From an uncultured virus (IMG/VR IMGVR_UViG_3300013382_000010) (Duplodnaviria > Heunggongvirae > Uroviricota > Caudoviricetes): DNA of 20,000 bases. The notes below the pieces were generated by a model, which searched no databases, was not told the origin of the DNA, and saw only the letters and a list, made by a program, of their open reading frames with translations. Both the position numbers and the translations under genes were made by a program. The stretch lies in IMG/VR virus record IMGVR_UViG_3300013382_000010, one strand, 5' to 3'. Below, piece by piece: positions 7,863-15,539 of this stretch (positions are counted from its first letter, which is position 1; the number at the start of each line of letters is the position of its first letter).

Positions 7863-10112
7863 TTAATGAATCCAATATGTCGGTAAATTCCCTTCTTTAT
7901 CCAGAGACAAATCTCCAGGAAGAGGTAATTTATCACAAAAAGGTTTAGCACCCTCTTTCATACATTTTAATAATACCTTGGCGACTTTATCTGCTATATT
8001 ATTAGGAGCTTCTATGTTCCATTCGTCATGAGCAGGTATGCAGAACTTTACTTTATGTAGCAAATCGTTCTTAACTACCCAGTTAAATAGGAACAAGGAA
8101 GCTAATTTAAAGCAACAAGCACCTCTATTTTGTATTCTATAATTTATAGACTGCTTTTCTAGAGTCTTTTTTCGCTTTTTATAATATTTAAAATCATCCA
8201 TTAATACAGGATCTTCTCTAAACATTTTCCAGAAGTTATGGTCTTGCATTTCTTTCTGAATTTTGGATAATCTATCCCAATCATAAGCAAATGCTTTAGC
8301 TCCAGTAATATTATTCATTTGAATATAACCTCTTTCCATAACATCCTTTTTACAGTACCTCTGATATGTTTCCATACCAGGAAAACCTTTCATATAATTA
8401 TCATATACCTTCTTGGCTTCTTCCAAAGGGATTCCTTTGTTATTAGCTATGGTGTTTTCATCACCACCGTAGTTGATAGCAAACTCTACTCCCTTAGCAT
8501 CTTGTCTGAGGTCATGATATTTCTTCTTGATCTCTTCAATCTTAGTATCTCTAGGTATTAAATGTGGATATGACATATATGCTACTAGAGAATGTATGTC
8601 TTTGCATCCCTCAGTGAATATTTTTATCATAGCATCATCGCCTGTTACAGACGCAATAATACGTGATTCTTGACCTTCATAGTCCACCGAGAGCCATTTA
8701 TTACCTTTTTCACTAATAAAGCATGCTCTAGTCTCTGCATCCTTCGGTAATTGCTGCAGATTCACTCCTCCTTTAGTTCCACCACAGGACATTCTGAATG
8801 TATCGGCCCCTATAGGATTAAAGTCAGCATGAATCCTACCATCTTCCTTAGTTACATTACTAATAAAGTTTTGCCCGAATGCTTCACATACTTTAGCTGC
8901 TTCTTTATAATTCACATATAATTCTGCAATAGAAGATATATTCTTTTGAGCTTCTATAATCTTTTTATCTGCAGATTTCTTGTGCATCTTAGTCTTCTTA
9001 TCAATAGTATCAAGATTAAATCCCAATAATTCAAATAAAGGAATTACTTGACTACTACTAGACCAGTTGATAACACATTTATCTCCAAATTCTAAAGCTA
9101 CTGGATTGAATAAATCTTGTTGTATTGTATTTATATGTTGTACATAAGGATTGAATTTATCTCTTAAGGTATATCCAAATGGAATTTTATAAACTCCATA
9201 TGTCTTAAATCCATATTTATCATCAGGGACTTGTTCAATTTCTCCATCTTCATATTTAACCCCAAAGAGTCTTTCAACATCTACAAATTTTAAATCAGAT
9301 GGAATATTTTGATCGTCTCTATGGATAAATTGTGTGTCAAGGAGGGCTTTATATTCTATTTTTCCCCTACTTCCATTATGCTCTTTATAATATTTTACTA
9401 TCCAGTCATTTAGTGCTTTTAACCATTTATCTCTTCTGGCATTATCTTTAATCATTTTCTTTTTCCATCTATCAACATCTAGTTTTACACCATCCAGTTT
9501 TATTTTACCAACTACAATTGTAAACTTAGATTCAAAGTCAGCAGCTTTCTTAACATGATATTTAATTAATTCTTTCTGCTGAGCTTTATAAATCGGAATG
9601 GAATATTTAACGTCTGTTGCTGAATAAACTATAGTTCTTTCAGTTAAACCTTTAGTAATGATTTCACCTCTAGCTGTTTTATCCATATCATAGTCACAAT
9701 ATTTCTTTGCACATGTTTTCAATGATACAGAATACATATCTCTAGGTTTACCATTATTAAGGACTCTTTCACCTATCAAAGTATCAAAATAGTTCTTCTG
9801 CACAATTCCTACTTGTAGTAGCCATTGACTATCAAAGCAATAATTATGCCACACATATAGTATATTAGGATTCTCTAACAGCTCCTTCAACATTATTAGA
9901 GGATAGCTTAGACAATCCCATACTATTTGATCTTGTTCATCTCCAAGCTGAATAGATAATATTTTCTTAGTAACAGGATTCAATCCTTGAGTTTCAGTAT
10001 CTGCTCCTAATATTGTTTTCTTAGATAGTAAAGCTATAGCTTCTTCTGGAGGTATTACTGTATACTTATCAGATTTAAATAAAGTTTGCTCCCTACTTAC
10101 TAAATAAATCAT
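7863..10112 (-). CDS. polA: Family A DNA polymerase with 3'-5' exonuclease (no 5'-3' exonuclease domain)
   Basis: Exo I DTET, Exo II HNYCFD, Exo III YSATD; NLQQLP; motif A DYEGQESR; motif B RQDAKGVEFAINYG (Phe at the E. coli 762 position); motif C HDE. Confidence 0.96.
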   Translation of the reverse strand: MIYLVSREQTLFKSDKYTVIPPEEAIALLSKKTILGADTETQGLNPVTKKILSIQLGDEQDQIVWDCLSYPLIMLKELLENPNILYVWHNYCFDSQWLLQVGIVQKNYFDTLIGERVLNNGKPRDMYSVSLKTCAKKYCDYDMDKTARGEIITKGLTERTIVYSATDVKYSIPIYKAQQKELIKYHVKKAADFESKFTIVVGKIKLDGVKLDVDRWKKKMIKDNARRDKWLKALNDWIVKYYKEHNGSRGKIEYKALLDTQFIHRDDQNIPSDLKFVDVERLFGVKYEDGEIEQVPDDKYGFKTYGVYKIPFGYTLRDKFNPYVQHINTIQQDLFNPVALEFGDKCVINWSSSSQVIPLFELLGFNLDTIDKKTKMHKKSADKKIIEAQKNISSIAELYVNYKEAAKVCEAFGQNFISNVTKEDGRIHADFNPIGADTFRMSCGGTKGGVNLQQLPKDAETRACFISEKGNKWLSVDYEGQESRIIASVTGDDAMIKIFTEGCKDIHSLVAYMSYPHLIPRDTKIEEIKKKYHDLRQDAKGVEFAINYGGDENTIANNKGIPLEEAKKVYDNYMKGFPGMETYQRYCKKDVMERGYIQMNNITGAKAFAYDWDRLSKIQKEMQDHNFWKMFREDPVLMDDFKYYKKRKKTLEKQSINYRIQNRGACCFKLASLFLFNWVVKNDLLHKVKFCIPAHDEWNIEAPNNIADKVAKVLLKCMKEGAKPFCDKLPLPGDLSLDKEGNLPTYWIH

Positions 10113-10981
10113 AACAATTCTTTTAAAGTTTTTCTAAAATATTTCTTTAATTTTATAATAGCTCTAAGTTTGGTCTGCCTAATACATTCTGTAGACTTGT
10201 GATACTTTTCACAGAGATTTTTAAGATACTTAGATTCGTTATTTGGATCAGAAAATCCATAATAATCTAATACTATATCTCTTTCTATCTTTGTGAAATA
10301 TTTACTATTTAATATATTCAAAATAACTTCTCTTTTATTTTTATGCTCTGCAGAAGTATCTGTAGAATCTACATTATTATTTGGTATAGCTTCTATAATA
10401 AGAGGAGCATCCGAATCTGAAGAGGTTGAAGTATCTAAAGATGTATAATTAATATCAGAATTTAAAGCATTTTCTAATTGAGGTAATGTACATCTACATA
10501 GTTTAGCAAGCTCTTCATCTGTTGGTGCTTCTCCATGTTTTTGAATATACTCTTGTCTATATTTATTAATTCTATATTGTATTTCAACAGGACCTTGTGC
10601 AATTCTAATAGTTCTAGATTTATTAGTAAGAGCTTTGGTAATACATTGACGCATCCACCACAAAGCATATGTAATAAATCTGTAACCTAGATCGACATTC
10701 CACCTTTCTGCTGCTCTACAAATTCCTGCATTTGCTTCAGCTATTAAATCTTCCAAAGGTAATCCTCTACCTTGATAATGTTTTGCAACAGTTACCGCAA
10801 ATCTTAAATTGGAATTTATAAGTTTTCGTCGGGCTTTCATATTACCACGCTTACTTAATTGTCCAATATATCTTTCTTCATCTTTCGTAAGTAATTTATA
10901 TCTAGATATGTCATGTAAATAATCTTTCAAAGAACGAGAATATATATTAGTAATACTTGGTGCTGTGGTAATTTGTCTCAC
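10109..10981 (-). CDS. RNA polymerase sigma70 factor, similar to the Bacteroidota primary sigma (no region 1.1)
   Basis: Region 1.2 SLKDYLHDI..YKLLT.DEE; region 2 NLRFAVTVAKHYQGRGLPLEDLIAEAN.G, GYRFITYALWWMRQ; SRTIRI; region 3 SLD; region 4 HTH ECIRQ...A..KL. GTG start. Confidence 0.93.
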   Translation of the reverse strand: MRQITTAPSITNIYSRSLKDYLHDISRYKLLTKDEERYIGQLSKRGNMKARRKLINSNLRFAVTVAKHYQGRGLPLEDLIAEANAGICRAAERWNVDLGYRFITYALWWMRQCITKALTNKSRTIRIAQGPVEIQYRINKYRQEYIQKHGEAPTDEELAKLCRCTLPQLENALNSDINYTSLDTSTSSDSDAPLIIEAIPNNNVDSTDTSAEHKNKREVILNILNSKYFTKIERDIVLDYYGFSDPNNESKYLKNLCEKYHKSTECIRQTKLRAIIKLKKYFRKTLKELL

Positions 10982-11340
10982 TATTTAGAACTGTTTAAAA
11001 TGTTATTTATATAAGTAATCAACCATCTATCTCCTAGAAAGGAATTCCTTAACCATGTATGGCCATAACTATCTGTGTAAGATGATATAATCTTATATTT
11101 AGACCAGAGACTCTTATATGCATCTAATATTTCTTTAGCAGTAAATTCTGGATGTTTAGCTATATTCTCAGCTAGATTTCTTAAATAAACCTTAGTAAGC
11201 TCTATTTTAGAAATATGCTTATTGCTGAATATAACTTTATCATCTAATTTTATCACTACAGTAAAATATCCTGGCTGTTTAACAGTTTTACTTATAGCAG
11301 TAACGGCTTTCTCAGCTTTACTTATCCTACCTTTCCTCAT
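10981..11340 (-). CDS. Hypothetical basic protein
   Basis: 119-aa ORF with a Lys/Arg-rich N-terminus, overlapping both neighbours. Confidence 0.7.
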   Translation of the reverse strand: MRKGRISKAEKAVTAISKTVKQPGYFTVVIKLDDKVIFSNKHISKIELTKVYLRNLAENIAKHPEFTAKEILDAYKSLWSKYKIISSYTDSYGHTWLRNSFLGDRWLITYINNILNSSK

Positions 11341-11635
11341 ACAATACTGTTTGAGAATACTCCATCAATAAATTACCTACACTTTGTGCAAATGATTCAT
11401 CAGATCCATTATTATAATAATAGTTTATAGCATGAGCTAATTCATGGAAATAAGTATTTAACATAGTTTGTTCGGATACTTCATCTCCATAAATAGTTCT
11501 AGCTATTTTAATTATGTTAGTATTAGAATCAAATTGCCCATAATCATAAGAATCATCTTCGTTGTGAATATCATCTACAATCTCAACTGTAAATGTTATA
11601 CCAGCAAATTTAAACTGTTTAGGAATTTTAATCAT
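11327..11635 (-). CDS. Small HExxH zincin-like metallopeptidase domain protein (ImmA/IrrE-like fold candidate)
   Basis: YGQF...IKI...TYFHELAHAI...E..A pattern. Confidence 0.7.
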   Translation of the reverse strand: MIKIPKQFKFAGITFTVEIVDDIHNEDDSYDYGQFDSNTNIIKIARTIYGDEVSEQTMLNTYFHELAHAINYYYNNGSDESFAQSVGNLLMEYSQTVLYEER

Positions 11636-12878
11636 GTAAATCAGCTTCTGTTAAATCGAATCTAAATGCAATAAATGCGGGCTGTTCAGGAATACCATAA
11701 GGAGAAATATTAAAATATTTACAATCTCCTAATTTTCCTTTATAGAATTTATCAAAGTTGTCAGTATATTCTACTTTTTGATTATGGTCTCCTAATGGTT
11801 TGGCTTTAAAAGTTTTGCCTTCTCTAGTTTCCATTATAAATACCATATCATCATAAGGACGTAAGCCTTGCTCAATACCAATACATTTAAAAGTATTCTC
11901 TTTATACTTCTTAATTTTAATCATATTGTTATTTCGCTTGCCTGGCCCATATTTAGCAGTATCCAATCTGACAACTAGTCCTTCCCAACCTTCTTCTACA
12001 TATTGATTATGTAGTTTCATCATATTGTCCCATCCAGTTACTGCAACTTGTGGAACAAATTGAATCTTTAACTCACCTTTTTTCCAGATTCTATAAGGAT
12101 TAAAGTCTAGATTCAACAATCTTTTAATCCTATACATTTTCTTTAATCTATCATGAAAAGGTAAATCAATATCTACAATATCATACATATAGAACTCTAA
12201 CTTACCTAAATCCTTGGCAGTAGAATTATTACGACATATTCCACTAATAGTAGATAGAGGTAAACCATGTTTATAAGCTTCTCCATCTAGTATTAGATCT
12301 GGATTTGCTTTAAACAACTTTTTCAACAATGGATGACTAATTATATGATAGAGAGGAAAATCTAAAGATATAGCTGTTCTACTCTTAGCATGAATCTCTT
12401 TACCATCATAGTAGATTAATGTTCTAATTCCATCAATTTTCCTACTGGCCCAATAATGTAAATCAAATGTAGCTTTATTAGTTACATTCTTAGCCATTTT
12501 ACATAACATTGGTTTTAGTAACCCATCACTGAAAGTCTTATAGAATCCGATAATTGCATCTAATTCTTCTACAGTATAATCATCAGCAGATTTGTCTAAT
12601 TTTTTATATCCTTTATCAATATATTCTTTACATAGAGATTTAACTCTCTGCTGAACTCTAATATGTGCATCTCTCTGGACTTTTCTATCATCTATATCTA
12701 TTGAAGGCTGTTCTGTATGCTTACAATGATATTTATAAGAGAATCTTCTTATTTTGTAATAATTAGGTTCAATTTTTTCATAATAAATATCAATACCTCG
12801 TATACCTCCAACACTATCTCTAATAGCAAAATAGAACTTAGTTATCTCTTGACTATCAAATAATCCCGGTTGATCCAT
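11628..12878 (-). CDS. ATP-dependent DNA ligase
   Basis: Motif I KIDGIR, motif III LDGEAY, IIIa FYMYDI, IV EGLVVR, V KIK, OB-fold C-terminus; about 120-aa N-terminal extension before KPML. Confidence 0.94.
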   Translation of the reverse strand: MDQPGLFDSQEITKFYFAIRDSVGGIRGIDIYYEKIEPNYYKIRRFSYKYHCKHTEQPSIDIDDRKVQRDAHIRVQQRVKSLCKEYIDKGYKKLDKSADDYTVEELDAIIGFYKTFSDGLLKPMLCKMAKNVTNKATFDLHYWASRKIDGIRTLIYYDGKEIHAKSRTAISLDFPLYHIISHPLLKKLFKANPDLILDGEAYKHGLPLSTISGICRNNSTAKDLGKLEFYMYDIVDIDLPFHDRLKKMYRIKRLLNLDFNPYRIWKKGELKIQFVPQVAVTGWDNMMKLHNQYVEEGWEGLVVRLDTAKYGPGKRNNNMIKIKKYKENTFKCIGIEQGLRPYDDMVFIMETREGKTFKAKPLGDHNQKVEYTDNFDKFYKGKLGDCKYFNISPYGIPEQPAFIAFRFDLTEADLHD

Positions 12879-13153
12879 TAAGCATTTGTATACACTAATT
12901 TACCTTTATTATCTGGAATCTCTAGAGTATATTCCCCATTATTATCTTTAGGTTCTAATGGTTCTATATCATCAACATATTCTTCTGTACCTACTAATTT
13001 TATTGTATCAGAATCTGGTATAATATCTACATTATTTTCTTTGGTAGCGGCTATAAGTTTATTTACAGCCTCATCATAATTATCAGCTTCTACAGAATAT
13101 GTTTCATTAACCCACATTCTACATAGAACATTTCTATCAATATAATACTTCAT
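12878..13153 (-). CDS. Hypothetical acidic phage protein
   Basis: Probable ATG at 13153 (TAATT-ATG) rather than TTG 13168; Y.VEA.NYDEA motif. Confidence 0.7.
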   Translation of the reverse strand: MKYYIDRNVLCRMWVNETYSVEADNYDEAVNKLIAATKENNVDIIPDSDTIKLVGTEEYVDDIEPLEPKDNNGEYTLEIPDNKGKLVYTNA

Positions 13154-13170
13154 AATTATATTAGACAATA

Positions 13171-13206
13171 ATAGCCTACATAGAAAATAATATCTATATA
13201 GGCTAT
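13171..13206 (-). terminator. Putative intrinsic terminator or processing hairpin
   Basis: Minus strand ATAGCCTATATAGA-TATTATTT-TCTATGTAGGCTAT forms a 14-bp stem with one G-U pair, 7 nt after a stop codon; the U-tract is weak. Confidence 0.65.
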
Positions 13207-13213
13207 CTTATTA

Positions 13214-13480
13214 TTAGAAATTAATGTTAGAAAGAGTATAATTCAATGTTTTAATAGTTTCATTTAATTTGTCAATTGTTTTTTGCAGCTCTTTAAGTTT
13301 GGCAACATCTGCCGAATCATCTTCATCAGATTTATCTGAATCTTCATCTGAATCTGCTACGTAATGCAATGAAGAATACATATTATCATCTTCTAGAGCT
13401 TTTGCAAATGCTTTATAAAACTCATCTTCCGATTTAAATTTCTTACCATTAATCATTCCTTCAAATACTTCTTTTTTCAT
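13214..13480 (-). CDS. Hypothetical protein with acidic Asp/Ser linker and C-terminal coiled coil
   Basis: 88-aa ORF; DSDEDSDKSDEDDSAD tract followed by a heptad-like tail. Confidence 0.75.
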   Translation of the reverse strand: MKKEVFEGMINGKKFKSEDEFYKAFAKALEDDNMYSSLHYVADSDEDSDKSDEDDSADVAKLKELQKTIDKLNETIKTLNYTLSNINF

Positions 13481-13517
13481 TATTTTAAAAATTAAAACTA
13501 TTAGAGATACCCTCTTT

Positions 13518-13855
13518 ATGCCGATGTTATAAAATTAATTCCTAGAGCCTGTGGAAGGCTTGGAAGTTGGGAATAACACCCAGTAAAACCACTTCGTGCT
13601 ACTACACTACTATTTTCAAAATCATAATATGGCTAACTATGAAATTTAAGTGGTCGGCTCATGTACAGCCACGGATTGCCATGTATCGAATCTAGCCTAA
13701 CTTAAAAAAGTCATCGGCACCCGTTGTCAGAGGGTAGGACAGAGCGGGATTAAAGCTATCTGTACACGAAACAGGAGATAAACTCCACTGTTTGAGGTTT
13801 TTATTATGTGGTCAAACGAAACTGCTAAACACCACTAAGATTTTTTTGATTCAAA
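13518..13855 (-). ncRNA. Candidate structured non-coding RNA, family not recognised
   Basis: Only large ORF-free gap; 112/260 G+C (43%) counted over 13541-13800 in an otherwise AT-rich window; many helices, with most G-U pairs favouring the minus strand. Boundaries are approximate. Confidence 0.55.
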
Positions 13856-13856
13856 A

Positions 13857-13864
13857 CAAACATA
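13857..13864 (-). promoter_or_regulatory. Possible Bacteroidota -7 promoter element (TAnnTTTG)
   Basis: Minus strand TATGTTTG at the upstream end of the non-coding gap; no clear TTG/TTTG -33 element at the expected spacing. Confidence 0.4.
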
Positions 13865-13867
13865 TCG

Positions 13868-13886
13868 GCTACCTAAAATAGGTAAC
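13868..13886 (-). terminator. Small hairpin downstream of the 13905-14126 gene
   Basis: GTTACCTA-TTT-TAGGTAGC: 8-bp stem with one G-U on the minus strand; no immediate U-tract. Confidence 0.35.
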
Positions 13887-13904
13887 TGTTAATTATCTAT
13901 AAAA

Positions 13905-14126
13905 TTAATTCTGCTTGCCTTTAAGAATTTCATCAATCTTACTTTCAATCTTCTTAACAGCGTCTGCAATAGAAGCAGAATCTTTATCTAGCTTACCGAA
14001 GACTTCTTCGAGCTTAGATTTCAAATCTACAAACTTATTACCATTCTTCTTGTAAATAAAGTAAAGAACAGCAAGTACAATAACAATAGTAATTAAATTA
14101 CCGGCAATTACACTTAATACTACCAT
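13905..14126 (-). CDS. Small single-pass membrane protein with coiled-coil tail
   Basis: Hydrophobic N-terminal 25 aa followed by YKK and a charged amphipathic tail. Confidence 0.75.
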   Translation of the reverse strand: MVVLSVIAGNLITIVIVLAVLYFIYKKNGNKFVDLKSKLEEVFGKLDKDSASIADAVKKIESKIDEILKGKQN

Positions 14127-14148
14127 AATTTTAAATTATTAAAAAGAA

Positions 14149-14439
14149 TTATTTTCTATGATCTTTAACTACCTCCCATAAATCTTCTACAGAAGATATA
14201 TCAATATCTTTATCATCTATTACTACATAATCAGCATCTTCATACATATAACTATATATTATATCTCTACCAAAATCATCAAAAGTATAGTCGAGGAATG
14301 TATCAAATAGAATATTTGCATAATCTACCCAATCACATTCCAGTAGGTCTGCTTTAAAAGCCTCTGATACTCTATCAATATCATCACTCCACTTTAGATG
14401 ATTCGTAATTAGTTTAATAAATTGTTCTTTTGTAATCAT
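14149..14439 (-). CDS. Hypothetical acidic phage protein
   Basis: 96-aa ORF, MITKEQF...I.SVEDLWE. Confidence 0.75.
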   Translation of the reverse strand: MITKEQFIKLITNHLKWSDDIDRVSEAFKADLLECDWVDYANILFDTFLDYTFDDFGRDIIYSYMYEDADYVVIDDKDIDISSVEDLWEVVKDHRK

Positions 14440-14442
14440 AGT

Positions 14443-14805
14443 TCAATAACTTATTTCAAAACATAAAGATTCATCGTCATTTAATTTATCAAACTCTGGA
14501 AGTAATTCATCTTCCACATAACTTCTAACTCTCCTTATATCATCAAAATAATATTCGTCATAAGCTGTACTTCCAAAGAAAAATCCATCCATTGTAGGTA
14601 GAAGTTCAGGAGCTTTAGAATGATCTTTTAAAACTTCATTACATCTAGACAGTAATTCTTCTACATCTTTTTTCTCAATTTCAAAAGGATTTGGATGTGT
14701 AATATCCATACCTTTATCATTAAAGAATCTTACTAGAAAATTTACTTTTCTAAAATATCCTATATCTTTAGTCCCTTTCTTTGTAAAATATATATCCAGT
14801 CCCAT
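14443..14805 (-). CDS. Conserved hypothetical phage protein (MGLD...GFFFGST family)
   Basis: MGLDIY, YFRKVN and LLPT..GFFFGST.YDEYY motifs of a common uncharacterised phage family. Confidence 0.8.
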   Translation of the reverse strand: MGLDIYFTKKGTKDIGYFRKVNFLVRFFNDKGMDITHPNPFEIEKKDVEELLSRCNEVLKDHSKAPELLPTMDGFFFGSTAYDEYYFDDIRRVRSYVEDELLPEFDKLNDDESLCFEISY

Positions 14806-14807
14806 AA

Positions 14808-15335
14808 TTATTTAGATCCAGTTGAATTAAAACCTCCATTACCTCTATCAGTATTTCCTAAATCATCTTTAGAAAATACTTTAGACCATCTAAGACGATA
14901 GACAGGTTCGAGAATAGCTTGACATACTCGTTCCCCATCTTCAATATAAATATCTTGTAAACCAAGGTTGATAACAGGAATCATCCACTCTCCACGATAA
15001 TCACTATCAATAGTTGAAGGAGTGTTAGCTAGTTGCAAACCTTTCTTTATAGCCATACCTGAACGTGGTCTAAAAGATATTTGATAACCTTCAGGAATAG
15101 CAGTAAATATACCACTAGGGAGCAAAGCTCTACCCATAGGAGCTATACGTACCATTGGAACAGAGTGTCCTTCACCAGACCATATCACTTCAGCATCTCC
15201 AAAAGCTTTAATTGTATTAGTAGGAGTTACTCTACTCAAATCAATTCTAATATCAAGACCTGCCGATCCAGCAGTCTCGTATTTTGGAAGATCATTATTA
15301 CTTACATTATACACTTTAACATTTACCTCGTTCAT
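14808..15335 (-). CDS. dut: Trimeric dUTPase
   Basis: Motifs AGLDI, PRSG, TIDSDYRGE, ERVCQ and RGNGGFNSTG. Confidence 0.96.
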   Translation of the reverse strand: MNEVNVKVYNVSNNDLPKYETAGSAGLDIRIDLSRVTPTNTIKAFGDAEVIWSGEGHSVPMVRIAPMGRALLPSGIFTAIPEGYQISFRPRSGMAIKKGLQLANTPSTIDSDYRGEWMIPVINLGLQDIYIEDGERVCQAILEPVYRLRWSKVFSKDDLGNTDRGNGGFNSTGSK

Positions 15336-15344
15336 AATCGTAAA

Positions 15345-15539
15345 TTAATAATTACTTATTATAGCATCTATAAATTCATATATATTATCTAGAGTTATAT
15401 ATTCAAATTGACATAGATTTTCAATCTCAATCTCAGAAATAGAATCTGTTTTATTTATCACATATCCAAATTTTCCAATTCTAAAATTAATATAATCTAT
15501 ATTATCTAGAATTAACTTTATTTTTTGTTCTTTACCCAT
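15345..15539 (-). CDS. Hypothetical protein
   Basis: 64-aa ORF filling the gap between its neighbours. Confidence 0.6.
   Translation of the reverse strand: MGKEQKIKLILDNIDYINFRIGKFGYVINKTDSISEIEIENLCQFEYITLDNIYEFIDAIISNY

Noticed and set aside
9078..9386. Intein in polA
   Set aside because: The insert has no N-terminal Cys/Ser block A or His-Asn/Cys-Ser-Thr junction and is not within a catalytic motif.
13700..13872. RNase P RNA, group I intron or hammerhead/HDV ribozyme interpretation
   Set aside because: ACAAACATATCGGCTA loosely recalls RNase P CR-V, but there is no GAGGAAAGTCC CR-I. I found no group I P7 pair, no CTGANGA/GAAA core and no complete HDV topology.
13551..13875. tmRNA or tRNA interpretation of the non-coding element
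   Set aside because: The size fits and the minus strand has a weak GCCGA...GTTTTGA resemblance, but there is no TTCGA T-loop (the loop reads TGTTATT), no matching acceptor stem with CCA and no plausible tag peptide ending in AA.
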